Positions 11,901 to 20,957 of a stretch of DNA of 64,000 nucleotides are shown piece by piece. The translations under genes were made by a program, and so were the position numbers. The notes under the pieces were generated by a model. The model searched no databases. It was not told where the DNA came from and saw nothing but the letters and a program-made list of their open reading frames with translations. Where the stretch lies: positions 1-64,000 of IMG/VR virus record IMGVR_UViG_3300020477_000013. The stretch is one strand, 5' to 3'. This DNA is from a virus. Taxonomy: Duplodnaviria > Caudoviricetes. The first letter of the stretch is position 1, and each line of letters starts with the position of its first letter.

Positions 11901-12303
11901 ATTGGGATGGCAAATAAAAGCAACAAAGAAATTTGATAGGACTTTTATGGTACCCATTGATATTGACCAGTTCTCTGTAGATATAAACGCATCAAATGCA
12001 GGTGATCCTAATTTCTGTGAAGAATTAAAACAGCAAGGATACCTAATTGGGTATAAGGTCACCGGCGGTGGCCTTATTGAGGACGGCCCTGAGGTCTGGA
12101 AGGTTAACAGGACAGGGGGCCCCCCTCCGGATCCTGATAACATTAACGTGCCTTTTTTCACCGGTGATGCTTCAATGACTGATGTGGTAAATGACAATGT
12201 CTTGCTGGATCAATTTTTCTTTGACTGTGAACTAGTTGATGATGAAGGTGCTAGCAATATCACGGTTGGCGATCCAACTGAGCCCTCACATTCAATGCAT
12301 TAA
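5920..12303 (+). CDS. Very large hypothetical (probably virion) protein, 2127 aa
   Basis: Uninterrupted ORF coupled to the previous stop. Gly/Asp/Ser-rich, with no recognisable enzymatic motif. Lies in a structural-gene context. Confidence 0.55.
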   Translation: MPVNKGKGKRFVRAPSMQPLAPGKLSVEEQTLRFRTGPAAQLIDVAKRSRAKKAHINIGADSVAIPRGYNATYTESLGGAFNPQKKGDTGLVGSDAKEASSAVDGTALQGEAYSESSFMGAAMKFVNMMAADAQADLANTLAIAGAGLASGFIFGGAEQGESVGVDYGDSGGYSIYYSPSPAKAKTQTNYGLPPSPGSTLNSSTLMLPTSDDVATGDGVSPYKPEIIASFDLDPFMPSGAAHIIQDHNRAHAAKVSQELFHFRLQENVLLYDSALGMFKDFWRSLPSEGNTTIVTGLDITINKASEYGNAPETLRIDKSPGAGGDGTPASRMDFDVANFVEACRKFYAECANLENNFYIHNLRGDVINDFMTNNAPGTFTYGSKIHKTGWFGNYNIPEFMDVCLAINNNTSDLSASRIIMQLLVDLRATLKFHSPNLFDSAIWGWSEWRSPAAQANQLLGGNPQNPMWQANLRNNPADIYTFDRTQFGWATTASTWNVSSFSGYTHFVNSLPTQAESFGRQGMNSNRVKLLCVILGREFTNSASMAAMNQASSDSDDLKSTKGFYNVLKPHLFSSGDSTYYPGEDFIDRLIGVPSELGRNIAIEPALHGPAVSISTASDFTGGSGGAHDSDGVVRLTTHDSTWQQLGSSKLEPKNVPPLHRLLSLKNRAGQPAISEILGNDADLVLPLEMRATVSESTHMRTSPGWDLFFRNLWTPGDVDTLGEQHDGRGLFANRAFADYCQLWGYSSLYLHRAALNWSDSLIWNHSTVAGNEEGTFHRLTPDGVYQRILKGIMNFVAPIARSSGGGIDLEYGNDLKVDEDWFSKDWDAGSVTPGTSYAHKDLSHGNIGLTVLMKLIEHDTTSPERASLMRWRLYQLFLTYRDARLNNEKPDKAGHDDLYQGIADPAGDGTTFMRHYRPTACATNAWIQEGFDVTQGIEGIPFGARISQILMGDFEWLDNAHTAGLPIEGYGVGGNSDNLVQDGVTDGEQEILLAGTVEGNYQIREQLIEILASYAQSRLFPMSFDNAYMQGGLADYTSIDSSYQKVAIETSNNGHISDQTDAINPGAGTSQVSFMYDVDLPAPAFDLFSGTDHQSKQYFKKFFKELLRTAVSTSNYEKPDNIVVNPDTGETLHATDLFHHEWETGGKIPHCNLFEEIFEVVDDLCRNAAMRAGRDGGDMTGIDEDALHPKTNWVSHSYITTDDGEPHLAPDYEIIWKAHSTGGLAGGIVEDWVVKDTDAGGNGPSSGGDTNVDSITPGEDTVSQPNLGSGRVIVKPRLSRWSGFDDNTICAMVFEAFWSLITTNVSSTVAQVDPQIDSAQDGTLIKRRLRVNPEANRQLVVYLGVLWKSLKNRGRGRFDALWPGMFGAQDQEFSIDLSEISAKGDSNVGTHAGSLSLYQTFLTQGDASLGPVDSPVNTVIRSLNVGSYVGTQQKVATAVVLQRIVSQNAVTHNWILLDDVKYKLSEEEYIIRYICSALESYGKSWGAEPAKHVPSVYKEMFNDFMAVAADHDNTSGMDKAFVGGIDSDAVHLNNFSHGGVPLAFSLYGMEWEQINCKRFQRVRSIAGAPNTGTYKPFKAPYLDVPSAAFDTLGPKRTAATITSLLTSTGTPAWCKLALPWGSNVRNMVFGIPRGMIERLRRAPINSDRVGKIPGLSNRRVSRSTILRIRVFRRDLRQPGLIFYPLTFDFDMNMFVDHDLDNTQLDELISGTTGVPSWQEILKKTIFTRFPDAHSPMARNSDNNKSFEDSATRSSGAGVVSGLEAEGWTQGGMGIPWQPEDNPYKNFPGYTRFNSIQKVRAGGDPSQFNKSYQEGAPLTRLLHNHLVDYTLKKYYSILTGMQFDELAFPNAKMSWVNNSLISGAVAQYVQALIDGDEFGGMLIPLGDAQASLASGRRQYLANLFRVVAGCGGSGELPPEFFKGLLDANGYQVTNRVGIAGYGISEFPQSNEMIKSEYNENQSLDNPTFQANWSRMINHRLCGILLNTWFTAPERLGWQIKATKKFDRTFMVPIDIDQFSVDINASNAGDPNFCEELKQQGYLIGYKVTGGGLIEDGPEVWKVNRTGGPPPDPDNINVPFFTGDASMTDVVNDNVLLDQFFFDCELVDDEGASNITVGDPTEPSHSMH

Positions 12304-12330
12304 TTATTTTAAAGAGTAGATGAGGAAAAT

Positions 12331-14622
12331 ATGGCAGGAGAGAATGTAGTAGACAAAAATGATGACCTTGCAGGGGTCGTCCCTGGTTTTAATGACGCAG
12401 TCAGTGCAGCGGCAGGATATCCACAGGGTCACCAGCCACTTCAAGATCTGGACTGGAACGCACCCAGGGTATATCCTTCATCTCCTATAAATGAGCTCGG
12501 TGCGCCTTCCCCGTCGGCGATATCGCATGTATTTGTCTATAATTTCTATACAAATAATGAATACAGGGATGACTCAGGAACTTCATTTCAGACGCCTGTG
12601 GGTGTAACAACAGATGAGGGGTGGTATAAGCTACCGACAGGCAATGGCGATGCACCCCTCTATCCTGTAGCTCCTGGTGAATCTTTGGACTATGGGCTTA
12701 TTAGGGCAATAGTTCCTAGGTGGATAGAGCTAACATGGGAACCAGTATCTTTTCAAGTAAACGGTACTTATTTAACTCAACCTGCCGGCTCAAGTAGTAC
12801 TGAAGTAACATATAACAATAGCGGCGAGCAATATTCCATGGGAGGATCGCAGTCAGCAGAGGATGAGATTCGTGCTGCATTACTGAATGGTACAATTGTT
12901 GATGAAGTTACTATATCAGCTAGCCCGATAAATTCCTCGCCGTATGTGTCAATCGTCTTACAGGATGCTAACTTAGGGTTAAGTACCCACAAACTAATTG
13001 ATCAACTCGATCAGTGGAGAGGTATCGCGGCGGTGAGCGGTAAAGTTCCAACGAAAATCCAGTCGCTCGATATCCTCCGTGAGAATAATATATATTCCGG
13101 TGACGTCACAGATGAGACGTCGTTTGCATATGCACTACAGGCAGGGGGATTTGCTAGCGCAGATGAGGGGGCATTTTACGTAGATGAATCGGGTCTACAG
13201 AAAAAGGGTTCATTTATGGGGTCAACTAACGACTCTATACCGTTCGACAGGACGGGTATACGTTGTCTCATAAATTCTAAATTTGTAGGTGACGTTATTA
13301 GAAGGTCAGCCGGAAATTTCTTTGGCCCCTTTTATGACGGGTTTTCAGAAGATAAAAATATCGCTAAGGATATCCAGGATACTGCACGCCTAAACATAGG
13401 TTCTCAAAATCACTTTAGTGAAGATGATTACAATGTTTTAATGGGTACTCATTTAATTTTAGAGGATAGGTCGAAACAATCATCTGGTGAGAAAGAGCAA
13501 TTACAGGAAATTCCCACACAAATGTCTATTACTGATATTGTATGCCAGGGGTATATTTTAGAAAAATGGGAGGCAGGATGGGACGCCGGTGGTACAATGG
13601 TGATGGAAAGAAAAGACCCCATTGTCGTCGGGGGCTCAAACGTTTCATCTGCGTTAGATTTAAAGATAAAGGTGGGTACTCATTACGTTTATCGTCCCCG
13701 TGCTGTCTATAAGGTCAAGTTTAATATTATTGATGAGACCACCAGTCATGCATATGAAACTTCACTATGGTTTTTATCAAAGCCCGGGCCCAGCGCTATA
13801 GCAGAGACCATGAATGCAGCTGTTGATAAGCCACCTCCACCCCCACAGGATATGAGATTTATATGGAATTATGATGATGAACTTTTAACTATACACTGGT
13901 CTCATCCTGCTGAGTGGCAGCGTGATGTTAAATTCTTTAAGATTTACCGCCGACCGTCGATATATGAGGCATATCAGCTAATAGGATTTTATGATTTTAA
14001 TGATGCAATAGACCCGGTGTATATTACCGGCCAGCAGGTTAATAACTCGTTGGTTAAAGCGACTAAGCAGACTTACTTAAGGGACATCGATTTTCGGAAA
14101 GACTCCACATATATTTATGCGATTGCATGTACGGATGCTCACGGTATTTCTTCGAATTTATCTGAGCAGTTTGTCGTTAGTTGGGATCACATGTTAAATA
14201 AACTGAGGGTTGACCTTATATCTGCTCCTGGCGCACCTGAACCGTATCCAAATTTTTATCTAAGAAAAAATATGTCTGATCGTATAGGACAGACAAATTT
14301 AACGTCAGATTTGATCAAGTCATCAGGTAGAAAGCATATGTATATTGCCCTGACACCCGCCGGTTGGCGGCACCCTGTAGGAATGATTGAGTTCCCGAAT
14401 TTACAAGTTAAAAAACCTGATGGCGGAATTAGAAATTTAAATCACATTCTGTGGACACCGGAGTCTGAGGGAGGTAGTGCCCCAAGCAGCTGGAAGGGAG
14501 GGTGGACACCACCCGGCCGGGGAATATATACTATGACAATAGCAAATTTAGATAGGCACTTAATGCAGACGGTGAAGATGATGATTGACTATAATTCCCT
14601 CACAGATCCGTCAGAAACTTGA
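12331..14622 (+). CDS. FN3-domain-containing virion protein
   Basis: 763 aa. PPPPPQDMRFIWNYDDELLTIHWSHP...FKIYRR...YIYAIACTDAHG matches the FN3 strand pattern. GAGG SD upstream. Confidence 0.55.
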   Translation: MAGENVVDKNDDLAGVVPGFNDAVSAAAGYPQGHQPLQDLDWNAPRVYPSSPINELGAPSPSAISHVFVYNFYTNNEYRDDSGTSFQTPVGVTTDEGWYKLPTGNGDAPLYPVAPGESLDYGLIRAIVPRWIELTWEPVSFQVNGTYLTQPAGSSSTEVTYNNSGEQYSMGGSQSAEDEIRAALLNGTIVDEVTISASPINSSPYVSIVLQDANLGLSTHKLIDQLDQWRGIAAVSGKVPTKIQSLDILRENNIYSGDVTDETSFAYALQAGGFASADEGAFYVDESGLQKKGSFMGSTNDSIPFDRTGIRCLINSKFVGDVIRRSAGNFFGPFYDGFSEDKNIAKDIQDTARLNIGSQNHFSEDDYNVLMGTHLILEDRSKQSSGEKEQLQEIPTQMSITDIVCQGYILEKWEAGWDAGGTMVMERKDPIVVGGSNVSSALDLKIKVGTHYVYRPRAVYKVKFNIIDETTSHAYETSLWFLSKPGPSAIAETMNAAVDKPPPPPQDMRFIWNYDDELLTIHWSHPAEWQRDVKFFKIYRRPSIYEAYQLIGFYDFNDAIDPVYITGQQVNNSLVKATKQTYLRDIDFRKDSTYIYAIACTDAHGISSNLSEQFVVSWDHMLNKLRVDLISAPGAPEPYPNFYLRKNMSDRIGQTNLTSDLIKSSGRKHMYIALTPAGWRHPVGMIEFPNLQVKKPDGGIRNLNHILWTPESEGGSAPSSWKGGWTPPGRGIYTMTIANLDRHLMQTVKMMIDYNSLTDPSET

Positions 14623-14740
14623 GATTTTGAGCGATAACATTTTATCAATGTGAGACAACGATGTATTTTTTAGGGGTATAAATGAATAATTGTATAGAAA
14701 TATCGAGACGAATACTTATAAGTGTTCATGGGAGTGAATT

Positions 14741-15448
14741 ATGGGATTTTTAGATAATGCTACCAACAATATCATAATTGATGCTGTTTTAACTGACCGA
14801 GGCCGCCAATTTCTAGCGCAAAATAATGGGTCATTTACTATCACGAAGTTCGCACTTGGTGATGATGAAGTTGACTATAGCATAATAAAGAAATTTGGAA
14901 GGACAGTCGGTAGAGAAAAAATAAGCAAGAACACGCCTGTCCTCGAAGCACAGACTAGGGGAAATTTGGCACTCAAGCACAAATTGCTGAGTTTGAGTAA
15001 TCCCGTACTAATTAGGATGCCTTCTCTAACGTATACGTTGCAAGGGGGGTCGACTGTCTTGACATTAACGAGCCAGTCAGGAACTACATCTAAGTCCAAG
15101 CAGGTTATCGTTGAACAGACTGTCGCAAATCAGGTTGCTGTTGATTCTGAGCTGGTTGATAATTTATTCATAGTTAAAATGGATAACAGGTTTTTAACAA
15201 TTCCAGGAGCAACCCCTTCCGTAAATTCAGACAACATTGCGACGTATGAGCTCAACAGCGATTCAACATCAACATCACAAGGTGGAGGAAAGCTAACATT
15301 TAGTATTGTAGCAAGGACAGTCACTGACCTACAATATTCAGTTAACGGTACCCCCAGCAATAAGAATGTTATCAGATCATATATTAACGTATTCGGGTTT
15401 TATACCGGTGCTCAATTGATAGTAGAAGCACAGATTTCGAAGACGTAA
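14741..15448 (+). CDS. Virion structural protein (resembles N-terminal half of tail-collar/baseplate-attachment domain)
   Basis: 235 aa with IDAVLTDRGRQFLA...ITKFALGDDEVDY motif. ATACTTA and GGAG upstream. Confidence 0.6.
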   Translation: MGFLDNATNNIIIDAVLTDRGRQFLAQNNGSFTITKFALGDDEVDYSIIKKFGRTVGREKISKNTPVLEAQTRGNLALKHKLLSLSNPVLIRMPSLTYTLQGGSTVLTLTSQSGTTSKSKQVIVEQTVANQVAVDSELVDNLFIVKMDNRFLTIPGATPSVNSDNIATYELNSDSTSTSQGGGKLTFSIVARTVTDLQYSVNGTPSNKNVIRSYINVFGFYTGAQLIVEAQISKT

Positions 15449-15472
15449 TTTACAACATGAGGAATTTTAATA

Positions 15473-16771
15473 ATGGCAGTATACAAAGGTATTAGCGATG
15501 CGGATGTACAGACATCTAGGTCGAGTTTAAACCAGCTAATTGACATAGTCCAAGCAGATATATCTGGTTCAACCACCAGGCAAAAATTTCAAGTATTTGT
15601 CACAGGTGGAATTGGGCCTGGGGTGACCTCCTCATTATTTCAGACTGTATATGATCAAAATTACTCATTGCAGACTGCTAACCCCATATTGGATATGACA
15701 TATGGTGTATTTTCGGGCTCCGAGGTGGTTGCTTCATGCTCGCTAGGATCAGATGCAAATGGAAAGTTGTTATTTCCGTCAAGCTCCTTAATGATGAGAG
15801 AAAAGATTAATATCTACAGGCAGTTTTCTCAGCTATTAAATGGTAATGCAACAGGTAGGTTTTATTCTCCATATGGCTCTTCGGATAACCAGGATGCAAT
15901 TGACACTGCACTTTTTATCAATTTTAAGAGGTTATTTGCTCGTGACGCTGTTAAGAGGGAGACATTTGCAATGCAGTTCTTCTCTTCTGGTGCAGCAGTG
16001 AAGGATCCCACTGGTCGAGACTCAGCTGCAAGAAAGGCGCAGTCGCCCTTTGGGGGTGGAGCATACGTCTATACTAACACGAATATTACATCCACAGGCA
16101 GCGCAATGCTAATCACGGACATTGGTGCAGCCGCCAACCTGCAAAATAATGTTTATGGTGGGTCGGTCGGTAAGTTAGTGGATTCTGCAAATACTGCAAA
16201 TAATGTGGGCTTAATTTTCTATGATGATGGAATTGTAGTTCTAAATCTCCAGAAAGTGATGTCAGCTAGTCAGTTTGTCACAGGGGTAATTGATGCCATG
16301 ACGACGGCAACAACTGCCCGGGCTGATGGTGATACATCAATAGCTGCTGGAAAAACAGTTATTGGTTCGTCAGCACAAAATCCGAATGCGATGTTTATTC
16401 CTGACTTCGTTAACTCTGCATCCATAGACAATATTATAGATCATATTGCTATGTGTAGGTTCCAGTCTGGATCTGCAAAGACTGCCGCAACATTCCAGAA
16501 TCAGACGAATATTAACTCAACGTTAATTTTCTGTCGAGCTGGTGCAGGTGACTTTAACTATAGTTCAAATCCAACATTCACGGATAGCTCAAATAACATA
16601 ACAGTCATTTCTCAGGATAATCCAGGACAAAATGAGCGAACATTTACAATGCCGACAACAATTGGCTTATATGACTCAGCTGAAAACCTGCTGGCGGTGG
16701 CTAAATTATCTAGGCCTATTGAGAAGAATGATCAAAAAGACATTGTTTTTCGAGTTAGGTTAGATTTTTAA
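15473..16771 (+). CDS. Virion/baseplate structural protein with tail-collar-like C-terminus
   Basis: 432 aa ending TTIGLYDSAENLLAVAKLSRPIEKNDQKDIVFRVRLDF. Confidence 0.6.
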   Translation: MAVYKGISDADVQTSRSSLNQLIDIVQADISGSTTRQKFQVFVTGGIGPGVTSSLFQTVYDQNYSLQTANPILDMTYGVFSGSEVVASCSLGSDANGKLLFPSSSLMMREKINIYRQFSQLLNGNATGRFYSPYGSSDNQDAIDTALFINFKRLFARDAVKRETFAMQFFSSGAAVKDPTGRDSAARKAQSPFGGGAYVYTNTNITSTGSAMLITDIGAAANLQNNVYGGSVGKLVDSANTANNVGLIFYDDGIVVLNLQKVMSASQFVTGVIDAMTTATTARADGDTSIAAGKTVIGSSAQNPNAMFIPDFVNSASIDNIIDHIAMCRFQSGSAKTAATFQNQTNINSTLIFCRAGAGDFNYSSNPTFTDSSNNITVISQDNPGQNERTFTMPTTIGLYDSAENLLAVAKLSRPIEKNDQKDIVFRVRLDF

Positions 16772-16797
16772 TGCTCTTTGCGGTAGGTTAGTGATGT

Positions 16798-19700
16798 ATG
16801 TCAGTTATTGGATTAACACCTCAAAATTTTGATTATGTAACAATAAAGTTACACCCCAGTCGTTCGTTTTCGTCAAGTTCGTTAGGCACTGCCGGATCAG
16901 TATATGTGTATGCTGAGAGATCGACGGACGAAAAAGATGCATATTTTAGTGTACAACAGCGCTCAGATCTGCAATGGGGTCAAGGTGAGATATATAATAT
17001 CCTGAATATTGCACAAGACATATCAGAAAGAAAGCTCGTGAAGGCCGGTGAATATTCGTCAGCTGGACTACTTTCTGCATCTATCAAAGAGTTGTTTACT
17101 GCATCAGAAAGATTACCTAGTTCAGTCAGGGCATTTCACAAGAAAGACATTAAACGCGTATCACCTTCCCCTTCCCTGACATCAGCTAGTTTTGCAAAAA
17201 ACATGTTTAAGGAGAACATGTTTCCGTATTATCGGTCTCAAATACCGACTGCAAATTGGTCATATACGAATTATAATACATTAAATTTTATGAGTAATGC
17301 CAGGGTGCCGTCTGGTTCATGCATAATATATCCTGCATTTACAGGTACATTTAATATTCAATATGACAAGTCCCTTCCCCACTTCATGTTGGGCTCCGAT
17401 AAGAGCGGTTTGGCCCAACATGATGTTCCAAACGTCTTCGGCATCAGCAAGTACGGGCACCCCGACTACACCAACTGGCCTCTTGGCTCAAAAGCCTATC
17501 CCTTTGCCGGACATAAGGCGCTGGGATCAAAATATACTCCATATTTGCCACACCCAAAATATGGTCCAACTGCACCTCTAACCATGGAAAGCGAAGACGC
17601 CAGGTTTGGGTCCAACCCCCTGTCATACAATGGCGTAGACAATGGGGAGACTAGATCATTTTTTAATAGGACACAATTTACATTCGAATTCTGGATCAAA
17701 CCATCCTATAATGACTTAAATACCGCCGGCAATTTTAAGGCTGGTACTTTAATGCACATGTCATCATGCTATGCTATTAGTCTAGTGAGCGGAAGTGAAA
17801 AAGACTTATACGGCCGCCCGTCTACATTTAGGATGATGCTTCAATTGAGTCACAGTGCAGAGTATCCACCATCATCTATCCTATTAAATGACAGTATGAG
17901 AGGTACATTGGGTACACAGGCATCCAGGCTACCAAAGCCCTATGATCTTATATTCGCCTCATCAAAGAATTCATTAAGGTTTAACCACTGGCACCACGTA
18001 GCGATTAGGTGGGGTAGTGATGCAGTACAAGACGGCATTGGCAGTTTTGTTATTGACGGTAAAACTGACACTGAGTTTCAAATTCAATCCGGTACTGTCT
18101 TTCCACCCCCTTGTGTCGGCGTTGGTAATCGCCGCGGCGCCGACGGGACCGGCGTGATTTCACAATATCCCACCTCACATCCCGATTTTTATAATAGAGC
18201 CCGGTGGTTTATGGGTGCTTCCGGCCGTAATTGGGAAGAGATTTTTAGGAACACTGGAAGGGAAAACCCAAATGCATTATTTGTCGGAAACTTTTATGAG
18301 GGTAGAAATCATGGGTCCAGGAGTGCCTACGCAGATGATGGTAGCTCTATTAGGAGATTTTTTAATACGAATGTAGACAGGAATGAGGGTATTGAGACTG
18401 GATTTGATTTCCCCCAAAATTCCGGGGCCGCTTTTGCTGCCACTGGGCGTGACCCTACAATTTCTAGCTACAGCCTTGTACATCCTCTCCAGGCTGAAGT
18501 CCATGAGATAAGACTGTGGAATACTTACAGGACAATTGATGAGATACAGGATTTTATGGTAAAGGGTCTCGGCCCAAAGGAGGTGAAATATTTCCCTCGT
18601 CCATGGCTTTATCCTCCTCACTACACCAACATCGTCCAGCCCTTCACAAACAAAACCAAATTTTGGTCAACAAACAACGTACTCGACACCTTCAACACTG
18701 CCATTACCGCCGGCGTCGGATCAGATAATTTCTGGGTTACTTTGCAGACAGGCCTGGCACCGCTATGTGTCTACCTTGATGATATACCAAACCTGTTATT
18801 CTATTTGCCTGTCCTCTTTACAAAAAATTCTGGCCCCCATCCTCGTAAGATGCTCATATCACCAGCACAGGTGGCCACCCAGACAACATGCAATCCTTTT
18901 AACGCTGAGCTGTCTTTTAGGACAAATACTACTGAGATCAATCTGCCTAACTTTGTGAGAGATTTTGCCACTGGTCAATACCCTAGGTTGTTTATGTTAA
19001 CCTCATCAGTATATAATGATGATATGGGCTTGAATTTAAGCAGGGCTGACACGTCAAACCTGACGCTACCTGCCAAGCCATGGGATTTTACTGCAGCAAA
19101 ACGTGTTGTCGGCGACGGTTCAGGGTCCCTAGGCCAGTATTTCATGTCCCGTCCTAAAACCGCGTCCGGAGTGAACAGCTTAGCAGAGAGATTCAATCAG
19201 GTAAGGGGCTTGTGGTCCTTAGGCGGATCGGAAGATTATCTCCCTGGAACAACGACTCCTAATCCTGACGCAAAGATGGGCCCAGAGCGACGCAAGGCTA
19301 GCCTTCGTAGGAACCTCACTATCTTGCCATGTGATAACGGAAAGTTTAAGCCTAACTGGATGTTGTTATTGAGTGGAACGGATGTGGCTAAGGTATATGA
19401 TAATCTTGCATGGCAAAATAACACAGTTATCAGGCCAGTTTCAGGGTCTTTAATTGATAAATTTGTTAATGATTTAGGTCATCTCGACTTAAGCGTTATC
19501 GGCCTACAAGACATGTGGTATGTGCATAGTGGTGCTGCCGGTGAAATGACACTTATAACTGATACAGTAGGTAAAGAAAATCCTGAATATGAGCTGGCCC
19601 TTTGCGGTCCTACACCTGAGAGGTGGATGGCGTCTGTTCCTCATCCCACATCTGATGGGGGACATCCAATTGCGAAGTATGTCCCTAGCATGGTTAATAG

Positions 19701-20376
19701 GATTGTCGGGACTCCTTCAATCGTCCAGGCACCGGCACCCACCACCCCGCCCTATGACCCTGACCCAGAGAGGCAGATGGTATATACACCATCCGCATCT
19801 TCAAATGCAGTATCATGGTATGACATATCTAGCTTGTATTATGGTGATAGGATCAAGCCAGGGTCACTTAGGCTACAGGGCAGTGTGGGTTGTATTAATA
19901 TTAACGTCATTGACCTAGGTTTAATGAGCGGCACAATTCCCATGACAATTCGCGATGATGGTAACGGATCATTATACAGGGCTGATGCATTAACCCCACA
20001 TGCAAAATGGAATAATGTGGGTAACGTTTTATACGATGAGGGATTTGTGATAATTAAATCTCCTCACATAGCAGATCTAGGATTGTCTCAAAAAGAAGGC
20101 TGGTCAATAGATTTTGCCGGCGAAAAAAATATGCATATATTGGAGATGATGGTGGAATTACCTGCTGGGCGGTTTACTAGTTCATCAAATCCATCATGGA
20201 AATCTTCATACAGAGCATCAGACCATGTTAGCGACGAAGATAGCCAGTTTGTGTATATTACCGGCCTAAATTTTCATGATGAGAATTTTAATATTATTGC
20301 AAGGTCTAATTTAGCACAGCCTGTTGCCAAGCGAGAAGAAGATAAATTATTCTTTAGGGTAAAGCTAGATTTTTAA
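16798..20376 (+). CDS. LamG/concanavalin A-like domain virion protein (putative receptor-binding), paralog of 15473..16771
   Basis: LamG motifs FTFEFWIKP, WHHVAIRW, SFVIDG, VHEIRLWNTYRTIDEI. C-terminus ITGLNFHDENFNIIARSNLAQPVAKREEDKLFFRVKLDF. Confidence 0.7.
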   Translation: MSVIGLTPQNFDYVTIKLHPSRSFSSSSLGTAGSVYVYAERSTDEKDAYFSVQQRSDLQWGQGEIYNILNIAQDISERKLVKAGEYSSAGLLSASIKELFTASERLPSSVRAFHKKDIKRVSPSPSLTSASFAKNMFKENMFPYYRSQIPTANWSYTNYNTLNFMSNARVPSGSCIIYPAFTGTFNIQYDKSLPHFMLGSDKSGLAQHDVPNVFGISKYGHPDYTNWPLGSKAYPFAGHKALGSKYTPYLPHPKYGPTAPLTMESEDARFGSNPLSYNGVDNGETRSFFNRTQFTFEFWIKPSYNDLNTAGNFKAGTLMHMSSCYAISLVSGSEKDLYGRPSTFRMMLQLSHSAEYPPSSILLNDSMRGTLGTQASRLPKPYDLIFASSKNSLRFNHWHHVAIRWGSDAVQDGIGSFVIDGKTDTEFQIQSGTVFPPPCVGVGNRRGADGTGVISQYPTSHPDFYNRARWFMGASGRNWEEIFRNTGRENPNALFVGNFYEGRNHGSRSAYADDGSSIRRFFNTNVDRNEGIETGFDFPQNSGAAFAATGRDPTISSYSLVHPLQAEVHEIRLWNTYRTIDEIQDFMVKGLGPKEVKYFPRPWLYPPHYTNIVQPFTNKTKFWSTNNVLDTFNTAITAGVGSDNFWVTLQTGLAPLCVYLDDIPNLLFYLPVLFTKNSGPHPRKMLISPAQVATQTTCNPFNAELSFRTNTTEINLPNFVRDFATGQYPRLFMLTSSVYNDDMGLNLSRADTSNLTLPAKPWDFTAAKRVVGDGSGSLGQYFMSRPKTASGVNSLAERFNQVRGLWSLGGSEDYLPGTTTPNPDAKMGPERRKASLRRNLTILPCDNGKFKPNWMLLLSGTDVAKVYDNLAWQNNTVIRPVSGSLIDKFVNDLGHLDLSVIGLQDMWYVHSGAAGEMTLITDTVGKENPEYELALCGPTPERWMASVPHPTSDGGHPIAKYVPSMVNRIVGTPSIVQAPAPTTPPYDPDPERQMVYTPSASSNAVSWYDISSLYYGDRIKPGSLRLQGSVGCININVIDLGLMSGTIPMTIRDDGNGSLYRADALTPHAKWNNVGNVLYDEGFVIIKSPHIADLGLSQKEGWSIDFAGEKNMHILEMMVELPAGRFTSSSNPSWKSSYRASDHVSDEDSQFVYITGLNFHDENFNIIARSNLAQPVAKREEDKLFFRVKLDF

Positions 20377-20942
20377 TGGGACTTATATTAGGACTAGACG
20401 TTTCAACATCATGTACAGGGTGGTGTATTTTACATCATGATGGATCCCTTGCAGAGATGGACAGTATTATATTGACTGGGCATAAAAGTGTCTACAAGAA
20501 GGCCCAGGCTGTCGAAGAGGCATTAACTGATGTTATGATAAGGTATGACATTTCGCATGTCTATATAGAAGAAAATTTACAGTCATTTCGGAGGGGGTTT
20601 TCATCTGCACAAACACTGTCAACGCTAGCTCGATTTAACGGAATTGTTTCTCTTCTATCATATCAGGTATGTGGTATCGAGCCTGTGCATATCAATGTTA
20701 ACGCAGCTAGGAAAGTTTTAGGTATAAAAATACTAAGCAAGAAAAAAGGTGGGGCCCCCACAAAAGAACAGGTCTTTAATTGGGTATCTGGTAATGTTTC
20801 AAATAGCACACATACCTGGCCAAAAAAGACTTTAAAGAGTGGGCCCCGCAAGGGCCAGACGATACTAGACGTATCTAGCTATGATATGGCTGATGCATAT
20901 GTTATATGTGCCGCTGGAATTGAAATGTACAACAACAAGTAA
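20376..20942 (+). CDS. ruvC: RuvC-like Holliday junction resolvase
   Basis: ILGLDVSTSCTGW (catalytic Asp), VYIEE, and C-terminal DMADAYVI give the RuvC acidic tetrad pattern. Confidence 0.85.
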   Translation: MGLILGLDVSTSCTGWCILHHDGSLAEMDSIILTGHKSVYKKAQAVEEALTDVMIRYDISHVYIEENLQSFRRGFSSAQTLSTLARFNGIVSLLSYQVCGIEPVHINVNAARKVLGIKILSKKKGGAPTKEQVFNWVSGNVSNSTHTWPKKTLKSGPRKGQTILDVSSYDMADAYVICAAGIEMYNNK

Positions 20943-20957
20943 CTGTTTACAATTACA

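Noticed and set aside
16798-20376. Diversity-generating retroelement acting on the LamG protein
   Set aside because: No reverse transcriptase and no TR/VR repeat pair differing at adenines was seen in the window. An RT elsewhere in the genome cannot be excluded.
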